Below are positions 39,510-47,951 of a stretch of 64,000 nucleotides of DNA, in pieces. The DNA is from an uncultured virus (IMG/VR IMGVR_UViG_3300021963_000089) (taxonomy: Duplodnaviria; Heunggongvirae; Uroviricota; Caudoviricetes): the IMG/VR virus record IMGVR_UViG_3300021963_000089; one strand, given 5' to 3'. The first letter of the stretch is position 1. The number at the start of each line of letters is the position of its first letter. The notes beneath the pieces were generated by a model that did no database searches, had not been told where the DNA came from, and saw only the letters and a program-made list of their open reading frames with translations. Made by a program: the position numbers and the translations under genes.

Positions 39510-40763
39510 ATGGTTATGTCTAAAATATTCGTTCAAATTGCTAGTTATAGAGACCCAGAGTTGGTTCCTACAATCCGAGATCTAATTAACAAAGCCAGAC
39601 ATCCAGAAAATCTGACGTTTGGCATTTGTTGGCAACGTGATGATACTGAGTCGTTGGAAGAATTTACCAATGATCCTAGATTCAGAGTTGTAGATGTTCA
39701 ATATCAAAAGAGTGAGGGTTTGGGATGGGCAAGAAACCTAACACAAAAGTTGTGGAAGGACGAAGAGTATACATTACAAATTGATTCACATCATAGATTT
39801 GTTCAAGACTGGGATGTGATGTGTATCGAAGACTATAATCAGGCTCTTGAATATTGTAAGAAGCCAATCATTACAACTTACTGCACACCATTCAATCCAA
39901 AGGACGATCCGTCAACATGGAATCCAGTTCCTTGTTTGATGAGTCAATATGAGTTTTCTTATGACAAGTTGTTGATGAGCATGCCTTGGTTTATACAAGA
40001 CTACAAGTCAAGAACCAAAGTTATTCGTGCAAGAACATTGTCTGGACATTTTATTTTTACACAAGGTAAGTTCTGTGAGGAAGTTCAGTATGACCCAAGA
40101 GTTTATTTTGGTGGTTACACAGAAGAAACCTCTATGAGTCTCAGAGCTTATAGTCATGGATATGATTTCTTTTCTCCATACAGAATGATTATGTGGCATG
40201 AGTATACGAGAAATTATCGTGTCAAACATTGGGATGATCATGGACACAAGACAGAACAGATCAAGGTTACCAGTGGTGAACGTGATGTATTGTCACGTAA
40301 TCTAGTAAGACAGTTGTTTGGTCAAGAGAATCACAATATTCCATTTGGCGTTTATGGGTTGGGAACTGAACGAACACTCCGTGACTATGAAGTAGCGTTT
40401 GGGTTTGACTTTAAGAAGTGTAGAATTCAAGGATATACTTTAAAGGTTAACGAACCACCCAATCCAGGTGTATGGGAAGAACAGTTTACCGTCGAGAATT
40501 ACAACATTGTGGTAAATTGGGACGTTGAGTTTTTCAAGAACAATGCATTAGATGGATACGAATTTATCACGTTAGGTATTATTGATAAGTTTGGTAACAA
40601 TTTACACAGAGTTGATTTCAAACCAAGTGAGAATCCAAACGTGTTTAACTATACACAAACCACTCACACGGCTAAGTTTGTGAGTGAAAATAAACCTGAT
40701 AAGTTGGTCATGTATGGTCACACCAAATCTGGATGGACTCCACGATACGAAAAGAACATATGA
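39510..40763 (+). CDS. Glycosyltransferase, GT60-like (Skp1-hydroxyproline/polypeptide GlcNAc-transferase type)
   Basis: IFVQIASYRDPEL, GLGWAR, LQIDSHHRF...WD, EE...RAYSHGYD, YGLGTERTL. Confidence 0.8.
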   Translation: MVMSKIFVQIASYRDPELVPTIRDLINKARHPENLTFGICWQRDDTESLEEFTNDPRFRVVDVQYQKSEGLGWARNLTQKLWKDEEYTLQIDSHHRFVQDWDVMCIEDYNQALEYCKKPIITTYCTPFNPKDDPSTWNPVPCLMSQYEFSYDKLLMSMPWFIQDYKSRTKVIRARTLSGHFIFTQGKFCEEVQYDPRVYFGGYTEETSMSLRAYSHGYDFFSPYRMIMWHEYTRNYRVKHWDDHGHKTEQIKVTSGERDVLSRNLVRQLFGQENHNIPFGVYGLGTERTLRDYEVAFGFDFKKCRIQGYTLKVNEPPNPGVWEEQFTVENYNIVVNWDVEFFKNNALDGYEFITLGIIDKFGNNLHRVDFKPSENPNVFNYTQTTHTAKFVSENKPDKLVMYGHTKSGWTPRYEKNI

Positions 40764-41863
40764 GAATTGCTTTTGTAGTAGTTGGAAATGTTAATAGAAG
40801 TGGCGATATTACTGGAGAAAAAATACGATATGAAGGGTCCAGTTGTTCTGGGACAGAAAGTAGTGTTGTATATGTGTCGGAGTATTTGAGCTCTATAGGA
40901 AATGATGTCACAGTTGCTCTTGAGTTTTGTAAAAACCCACAGATGTCAAATGGTGTATTTTATACAAACCTTTTATTTGATGAAGTTAAATTTAAAGAAT
41001 ATGATGTATTAGTTACATGTTTATGGTTTGATGGATATAAAAATCTTCCAATTAAAGTTAAAAAATCAGTGATATACTGGTATCATTTAGCTTGGGGATA
41101 CGCACATAATAGTATATTAGAGTATGCTAGTGTTAACAAACTTAGTATTGGATCTGTTTCTATTTCAAATTGGGCATTCGGTGAAAATAAACAATATAAT
41201 GACTTGTATAAAAATCATGAATATGGTTATCATGAAACTATTATACCCAACGCGATTGATACGAATTTAATAAAAAATATCTTGGATAAGAATATACCAA
41301 GAAAAAAACACAAAGTAATATTTTCTGGCCAGTGGTCAAGAGGTGGTGATGTTGCTGAAGAATCGGTTCGTAATTTAAATTGGACGGATTTAGAATTTGT
41401 TCACTTCGATTACATAAATCATGAAAAAACTGCATTAGATAAATCTAAATTGTATTATCATTTAGCCGAAAGTAACTACTTTATATTTCCATCTTTAACC
41501 CATCGAAAATTAGTATATCAAGATACTTTTTCTGTATCAATAGCAGAGGCTCTTGCTTTGGGGGTTAATGTTGTCACATATCCGTTTGGAGCAATACCTG
41601 AATATTATGGGCACCATTGTCATTTCATAAAATTTCCCGATGGATTAGATATAGATACACTTAAAAAATCGAGAGTATTTGAGGCGCCACAATTAACTGA
41701 AACTAAGCATATCGTTGATTTGGTAAATCATATAGATTCTAAAGATGTTTCAGTCCAACATAGATTTAGTCAATTTGAATATATAAATCAACAATTTAAC
41801 ATAAACAAAATCGGCAATATGTGGAATTTATTTATTGATAAAATATGTAATAATAAAGTATGA
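40760..41863 (+). CDS. Glycosyltransferase, GT-B fold (GT4-like)
   Basis: SGTE N-terminal loop, IIPNAID, DTFSVSIAEALALG. Start at ATGA overlap 40760. Confidence 0.75.
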   Translation: MRIAFVVVGNVNRSGDITGEKIRYEGSSCSGTESSVVYVSEYLSSIGNDVTVALEFCKNPQMSNGVFYTNLLFDEVKFKEYDVLVTCLWFDGYKNLPIKVKKSVIYWYHLAWGYAHNSILEYASVNKLSIGSVSISNWAFGENKQYNDLYKNHEYGYHETIIPNAIDTNLIKNILDKNIPRKKHKVIFSGQWSRGGDVAEESVRNLNWTDLEFVHFDYINHEKTALDKSKLYYHLAESNYFIFPSLTHRKLVYQDTFSVSIAEALALGVNVVTYPFGAIPEYYGHHCHFIKFPDGLDIDTLKKSRVFEAPQLTETKHIVDLVNHIDSKDVSVQHRFSQFEYINQQFNINKIGNMWNLFIDKICNNKV

Positions 41864-42558
41864 ACAATCCATTTAATTTTTTTGACAAAATATATTACAT
41901 AAATCCAGATGCTAATCTGGCTAGAAAAGTTGAATTGGAAAAAGAGTTTTCTAAATATGCAATTGTGGCGGATAGATTGTCCGGTGTTAAAATCTCCCTT
42001 GAACAAAGTGAAATGATTACAAAAAATGGAGGTATTCAGTGTGATCGACTTCCTGAGAGATTACCATATTTGGCAGCGGTTAGAGGTGTTACTTTATCAC
42101 ATTTGAATGCCATAACGTTGGCTAAATATCAAAAATTAAAAAATGTCTTAATATTTGAAGATGATGTTGTGTTTACCGATAGTATTTTACAAGATTTACA
42201 AGCCTGTGTAGATGATTTGAAAACTATGGATTGGGATATGTTTTTCCTCGGTTGCAATCCTGTTGAACAATTTCATCAAGTTACAGACAATCTTTCCAGA
42301 TGTGGTGGTGTTTACATGGTTCATGCTTATGCTGTGAATCACACATTTTATGATAAATTGTTGAGTTTTGACTTTTCACGGTTTTGGGTATTTGATCAAC
42401 ACACTTTTGGGTTAGCCAAAGATCCGCAATATGGTGTTTATATGTGCAACAAGAGTTTAGTCAATCAAAAACCAGGGTTCTCTGGTGCTGAGGGTCAGTT
42501 CGTTGATTATAATCTACTAGTGAACCATAATTATATAATAAACTTCAAAAAAATATAA
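41860..42558 (+). CDS. Glycosyltransferase family 25-like
   Basis: KIYYIN, GVTLSH, LIFEDD, HAYAV. Confidence 0.8.
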   Translation: MNNPFNFFDKIYYINPDANLARKVELEKEFSKYAIVADRLSGVKISLEQSEMITKNGGIQCDRLPERLPYLAAVRGVTLSHLNAITLAKYQKLKNVLIFEDDVVFTDSILQDLQACVDDLKTMDWDMFFLGCNPVEQFHQVTDNLSRCGGVYMVHAYAVNHTFYDKLLSFDFSRFWVFDQHTFGLAKDPQYGVYMCNKSLVNQKPGFSGAEGQFVDYNLLVNHNYIINFKKI

Positions 42559-43317
42559 ATGAATATTGGGCTTTTTTATCAAAGTGGTAATAATTTGGAG
42601 GCGTGTTATTATGCTTTGAATCAGTTTAGAACATTCTATCCCAATTCGCCTATTGCGTTATATGAAGACAACTCAGACATTCTGATACCTGTTGCAAAAA
42701 AGTTTAGTTGTGTCTATGCCAAAACCAAAGTAACTGGAATCAGTGGTCGGCCTGCTTTTAATTTAGAAACAACATTGGCGTGGTTGGACAGAGTGTATGA
42801 TGCATGCGTCACATCATTAAAAAATGTTGATTACGTAATGCATTTTGAAGATGATGTGTGGATAAAACGAGAGATACGAGGTATTCCACCATATGATTTA
42901 TCTGGTATTCTAGGTGTCGGGTGGTCGGATTCTGTTTACAATTATTTAAACGTTCGACCTACCGGCGTGTTTGGATGTGGCGGTGCTATTTTTAACAGAC
43001 TCAAATTTTTAGAGGCATATGAAAAATCTAAAACTATAGATTGGAATTTTATCTATAGTTTAGATAGTAGGCCGTGTGAATGGACTGACTCAGCACTTAC
43101 TTTTATTTTTGCTTTTTCTAAATTAACGTTCGGAAGTTGGGCTGAACTCACGCAGTATAAAAATTCAACCGTCACTACATTAGTTGACAGACGAGGGTGG
43201 AATGAACCTATACCGGAATTAGAAAAAAAACAAGGGGACGTTGCGGTCATACATTGTTGGAAACCATACTACTACCCCACAGATGAAGAAAAAATGTTTG
43301 TAAGAAACAATCTTTGA
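42559..43317 (+). CDS. Putative GT-A fold glycosyltransferase
   Basis: YVMHFEDDVW, GCGGAIF, WTD, VIH; coupled to the three upstream GT genes. Confidence 0.55.
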   Translation: MNIGLFYQSGNNLEACYYALNQFRTFYPNSPIALYEDNSDILIPVAKKFSCVYAKTKVTGISGRPAFNLETTLAWLDRVYDACVTSLKNVDYVMHFEDDVWIKREIRGIPPYDLSGILGVGWSDSVYNYLNVRPTGVFGCGGAIFNRLKFLEAYEKSKTIDWNFIYSLDSRPCEWTDSALTFIFAFSKLTFGSWAELTQYKNSTVTTLVDRRGWNEPIPELEKKQGDVAVIHCWKPYYYPTDEEKMFVRNNL

Positions 43318-43354
43318 TTTGAAGATATTCGGTTGTAATCAATATTTATAGTAA

Positions 43355-45946
43355 ATGTCGAATTTGTTAAACATCTATAATGAGAACTTTGGCCAACATG
43401 TGGTTACAAACGGTAACTACATAGCGGTTTCAAATACCAATTCAAAGCCATATTCTTGTAATGAGGGGTTTGCAAGACTTGGTGAGGTGTTAGTTTATCA
43501 AAAAAATAGGTTCACTACCAATTATTCTTTTGCAAAGACCTATAGACGAGGCAGTCCTCTCGACCACGGTGAACTACTATCATATTATACAGAACAAAGT
43601 GCAAGTTCTGCCTATACAGCATCATTAAGATATGAAAGTGGGTCTTTGGCTGATAATTCATTAGCCTGTGACTTTTTGATATTGGAAGACGGAACTGTAA
43701 TACAAAAACAAACGTCTTATGGTTCTGCTTTGGCAATATGCGAAAGATTCTTGGTAATATCAGACATTGCTTTTAGTCAAAGTATTGCTAGTATTGATCA
43801 AAATTATGCAACCGTAGACATATACAAAATTTACGATGAAGCATCAACGGGGTCTTGTTCAGTAGAAAATGACAGTTTATTTTCTTTGCCAAACAGTCCA
43901 TTTTGTGGAGTTACTGGATCGGCAGCTGAAGGATTTGGTCGTGCGGTTGCCGTGTCAAACAACTTTTTGGCAATAGGTTCACCATTCAGAAATTCAAACA
44001 GAGGTGCCGTTGACATCTATTTGTATACTGGATCTGGTTGTGGTTATTATAACTACTACCAAACTATTTCATCATCAAATGGTGCCGATCAGTATTTTGG
44101 TTCATCAATTTATATAGATAAATACAATGAAGATAGATTGGTAGTAGCATCTGCTTCACAAACAGGTAGCAAAGTTTTTGTGTATTTTAGAGAGGGTGGA
44201 TTAAATAATGGAACTTGGAAGAATACTCAAACTTTGACACAAGATACTTCGTCAAAGTGGTTAAAATTGCAAGGTGACAGAGATATTGAATGGTTACCAG
44301 TGAGTCAGACAGCCACAAGATATGGATATTCAGTTGCTATTGCTAAAGATAATTTGATTGTTGGTGCTCCAAACGATCTCATATACTACGAATACAGTAG
44401 TTCATTGGCTTTGATTGGGTCTCAACCCATAAGACAACGTGGTGCAATTTATTATTACAACATACCTGCTGTTGGAACCAAACAATATGTTCTATTGGAG
44501 AAGATCTACGGTGACACAAATACATTCAAAGACAATATGTTTGGATACAGTGTTGACATAAACGGTCATTATGTTCTTGCTGGTTCTCCAAAACCATATT
44601 TTCCATTCTCTAGTTTATATCTATCTTCATCGGTAAACAGATACAATATTAACTTTGAAACAAACGACTTTGGTGCTAGCACATTCAACGGTCAAGCAAT
44701 GTTATACAAGATTTCTACGGGGTCGTGTGATAATAATTTGACGTTGAAGATGGCAACAACCACACCAATCGGATACAGAAAAAAGTTAGACGAAAGTTTT
44801 ACCGCATTTGGTGCCTCAGTAGCATTATCAGATTTAAATTTGGTAATTGGTTCACCAGCACCTTTGAATGATGATTTGTATTTGTCAGAACCATATGCAG
44901 CTGAACAAAGCGGCAGTGGTTTGTTTACATGTAACTCAGATGGACCATCTATCAGTTCATTTTATTTCAGAATGGAAGATGAAATCTGTGGTTGTGATGG
45001 TAACAACTTAAACGCAACTGATAGTGGGTCAATTGTGCTTGTGATGGAACAAGATTCAAATGTCACAGATTCAGTATTTGGTAGATCGTTTATTTATGAT
45101 TTTGGTGATCTTCAAACCAATCCAAATATAGGTAACATATTTTATAGTTACAATAAGTTTGTGGTCAATAATACTGGTAGTATATTGTCTGATATATTGA
45201 AGAATCCATTACAACAATTGGATGACTATATTTACGGAGAATACCAAAGTCAAATAACTCTACATGAAAAACAATACATTTGCACTGTAGAACCTGGCGA
45301 GTTTAATATTTCTACAAATCCAACTGCTGTTACTGCATCTTATGTTGGACCATATTGTGTGATCAACAAAGAGACATTTGACTTTAGTAATTTGGATATT
45401 ATTTTGAGATATATTAACTATAAGTTGACTACAACTCACGTTGAATCATGGTGGGATGTATTGGTGTCTGGAGATGTTCAAGAAAGCATCTTTGGATACT
45501 TCAGTTCTTCGATGGTTGATTATACAAACAATAGATTGACTCCAGAGTTGAAGTGTGAGTTGGCAACCAAAGACTTTGATGTAAATAAAGATGGTATGGT
45601 AAATTACGCAGATGCGTATATGATCTGGAACTACTTTATAGAAAATTTGACGGTTGAAAATTACCAACAGTATATCACCCCAACATCAAGAAGGAAAAAC
45701 TATGACGACATCATTTCTTTCTTGGACAACCAAACTGGTAAAGGCAGTCAAAATACTATCAAAGCTGAATTTTTCAATTACAACTTTAGTTCGTCTGTAG
45801 ATCCTACTGGTTCTTATTTGGCACCATACATTACACAGGTTGGATTATATGCTGGTGCCGACCTAGTAGCAGTTGGAAAAATTGCAACTCCTATAAAAAA
45901 CAATGGTCAAATTCCAATAAATATTGTTGTTAAATGGGACACCTAA
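43355..45946 (+). CDS. Structural protein with FG-GAP beta-propeller repeats, EF-hand/dockerin-like motif and fibre-attachment C-terminus
   Basis: FGRAVA...IGSP, YGYSVA...VGAP, FGYSVD...AGSP, FGASVA...IGSP; DVNKDGMVNYAD; PYITQVGLY. Confidence 0.75.
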   Translation: MSNLLNIYNENFGQHVVTNGNYIAVSNTNSKPYSCNEGFARLGEVLVYQKNRFTTNYSFAKTYRRGSPLDHGELLSYYTEQSASSAYTASLRYESGSLADNSLACDFLILEDGTVIQKQTSYGSALAICERFLVISDIAFSQSIASIDQNYATVDIYKIYDEASTGSCSVENDSLFSLPNSPFCGVTGSAAEGFGRAVAVSNNFLAIGSPFRNSNRGAVDIYLYTGSGCGYYNYYQTISSSNGADQYFGSSIYIDKYNEDRLVVASASQTGSKVFVYFREGGLNNGTWKNTQTLTQDTSSKWLKLQGDRDIEWLPVSQTATRYGYSVAIAKDNLIVGAPNDLIYYEYSSSLALIGSQPIRQRGAIYYYNIPAVGTKQYVLLEKIYGDTNTFKDNMFGYSVDINGHYVLAGSPKPYFPFSSLYLSSSVNRYNINFETNDFGASTFNGQAMLYKISTGSCDNNLTLKMATTTPIGYRKKLDESFTAFGASVALSDLNLVIGSPAPLNDDLYLSEPYAAEQSGSGLFTCNSDGPSISSFYFRMEDEICGCDGNNLNATDSGSIVLVMEQDSNVTDSVFGRSFIYDFGDLQTNPNIGNIFYSYNKFVVNNTGSILSDILKNPLQQLDDYIYGEYQSQITLHEKQYICTVEPGEFNISTNPTAVTASYVGPYCVINKETFDFSNLDIILRYINYKLTTTHVESWWDVLVSGDVQESIFGYFSSSMVDYTNNRLTPELKCELATKDFDVNKDGMVNYADAYMIWNYFIENLTVENYQQYITPTSRRKNYDDIISFLDNQTGKGSQNTIKAEFFNYNFSSSVDPTGSYLAPYITQVGLYAGADLVAVGKIATPIKNNGQIPINIVVKWDT

Positions 45947-45979
45947 CCATATTTATTATATAAAGCGACATAAAATCAT

Positions 45980-46468
45980 ATGGCAACTCTATCTGACAGC
46001 AAAATAATTGACCGTGAATCATCAAACAAGAGTTTGGCAGACAGATATTTGTCTGGTCAAGCTGCTGGTGGTGCTTACCAACCAGTTCAAAAGAACGTAA
46101 AGACTCAAGGATCTAATGAATTGTCTCTTGGTGGTAGCACTGCTGATAGAGATTGGACCGTTAGTAAGGGATTTTTGACCAAGGTAACAACTGGCACTGA
46201 GAATTTCAATAAGAGCGCACTCAGTTATAGTGATAATACCAGATTGGGTCCGGTGATCACCAATGGTGTAAACAAGATTGCTACAAACTGGAACGGAGGA
46301 TCTTCAATCAAGGATTCGTTGTATACCGTTGACCCAGGCTTTGTTACAAATACTCCAACTGGTGCTACTCAGTTCAAAGATGCTACTGGAAATCAATCCA
46401 AGCAGCTTTCTATCTATTTGAAGGGATTCAATTCCAACAAATATATTAATGGCAAGTTTACCCGTTAA
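45980..46468 (+). CDS. Hypothetical protein with internal duplication
   Basis: GFLTKVTTGTENF resembles GFVTNTPTGATQF. Confidence 0.65.
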   Translation: MATLSDSKIIDRESSNKSLADRYLSGQAAGGAYQPVQKNVKTQGSNELSLGGSTADRDWTVSKGFLTKVTTGTENFNKSALSYSDNTRLGPVITNGVNKIATNWNGGSSIKDSLYTVDPGFVTNTPTGATQFKDATGNQSKQLSIYLKGFNSNKYINGKFTR

Positions 46469-46482
46469 TATATCTATTGTTA

Positions 46483-46995
46483 ATGGTTATACTGGGTTTA
46501 GATTCTTCAACATCTGTAACTGGATGGGCGTTTAACGTTGATGGTAAGATCGAACAAGCGGGATTTATTGACACAAAAAAGTTCGAAACTACCAAAGAAA
46601 AAACGTTTCATGTAATTTCAGAATTAGAAAAAGTGACACTCATAAAAAAGGTGGATCATATTAATCTTGAAGCTGCTCTAAGTGGTTTTGCAGGCGGGTT
46701 TACTTCACAACAAGTTATTATAACTCTGGCTAGACACAACGCTGTATTTGCTTACATCATTGAAGAACATTTCAAGACGAAAGTAAATCTTTTATCGGTC
46801 ACCACAATGCGTAAACATTTGTTTGGTAAGTGTCGTGTCAAGGGCATCAAACCAAAAGAGTTTGTAAAAGAAGAGTTGGAGAAGTTGATGCCAAACGTCA
46901 CCAAGTTTACTGTTAAGAATAAGAAGGGAAATTGGGACGAACGAAATAGCGACATGTATGATGGAATTGTGTGCGCAATGTATGTCGAAAAATAA
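46483..46995 (+). CDS. RuvC-like Holliday junction resolvase
   Basis: ILGLDSSTSVTGW, INLE, DMYDGI acidic triad. Confidence 0.75.
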   Translation: MVILGLDSSTSVTGWAFNVDGKIEQAGFIDTKKFETTKEKTFHVISELEKVTLIKKVDHINLEAALSGFAGGFTSQQVIITLARHNAVFAYIIEEHFKTKVNLLSVTTMRKHLFGKCRVKGIKPKEFVKEELEKLMPNVTKFTVKNKKGNWDERNSDMYDGIVCAMYVEK

Positions 46996-47039
46996 AAAGT
47001 TGAATCTTCCGATTCGTCGTGTAGTATCTGAAGTGACGT

Positions 47040-47951
47040 ATGGTAGAGACTTCTGTTATAGATACACTTACAAGACTGTTTAAACACAAACCGTCTGTCC
47101 AAAAGGGCGGAACGGAGTTGATGTTTTTTTGTCCTAATTGTAATCACTATAAAAGAAAGTTAAACGTAAACACCACAACTGGTTATTATCATTGTTGGGT
47201 TTGTAATTTTAGTGGTAAAGGATTCAAGAGTCTTCTAAACAAGATCAAAGCTCCGGCGGAGTTCTATGAGTCGTTGTGCAAAATAAAGGCTCCAAAAACA
47301 ATCAAATCCGAAATCAAAAAGTTACAACTTCCGTCTGAATTCAAACCCTTGTATAAGGCTAGTTCGGATGTTACGCACAAACACGCTTTGAACTATTGTT
47401 TCAAACGTGGTCTGTCGGTTTACGATATGATTCGATACAACATCGGATATTGTTCTGATGGTCAATTCAAAAACAGAGTTGTGGTTCCGTCATATTCTGC
47501 AACGGGTGAACTAAACTTTTATTGTGGTCGAGACATCTATGAAAGTAAGATGAAGTATAGATTGTGTGACTCGACCAAGGATATTGTTGGATTTGAAATG
47601 TTCACCGATTTTAGTAAGCCTGTAACTTTGGTGGAAGGTGTCTTTGACGCATTTTCTGTAAAATACAATGTGATTCCATTGTTTGGTAAAACGTTGTCTA
47701 ACAAATTAAAGGCCAAGTTGTCGTCACAAAAACCTCCGAGGGTCAATGTGTTGTTGGACAATGATGCGATTAAAAACAGTTTGGATATTTGTCAATTCTT
47801 GGTTTGTAATGGAATTGATGCACACTTGGTTTTGTTAAACGGTAAAGATCCAAACGAAATCGGACATAAAAATACTTGGAAAGCCATAGATGCCAGTGTT
47901 AAGATCTCTGAAAGCGATTTATTCAAATTGAAAATTAAACATAAGATATGA
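47040..47951 (+). CDS. DNA primase (Zn finger + Toprim)
   Basis: CPNC...CWVC, NRVVVP, VEGVFD, LDND, KDPNE. Confidence 0.85.
   Translation: MVETSVIDTLTRLFKHKPSVQKGGTELMFFCPNCNHYKRKLNVNTTTGYYHCWVCNFSGKGFKSLLNKIKAPAEFYESLCKIKAPKTIKSEIKKLQLPSEFKPLYKASSDVTHKHALNYCFKRGLSVYDMIRYNIGYCSDGQFKNRVVVPSYSATGELNFYCGRDIYESKMKYRLCDSTKDIVGFEMFTDFSKPVTLVEGVFDAFSVKYNVIPLFGKTLSNKLKAKLSSQKPPRVNVLLDNDAIKNSLDICQFLVCNGIDAHLVLLNGKDPNEIGHKNTWKAIDASVKISESDLFKLKIKHKI

Noticed and set aside
46483..46995. RuvC domain as a Cas12/TnpB effector
   Set aside because: Only about 170 aa, with no Zn ribbon, guide RNA or array; adjacency to primase fits a resolvase.
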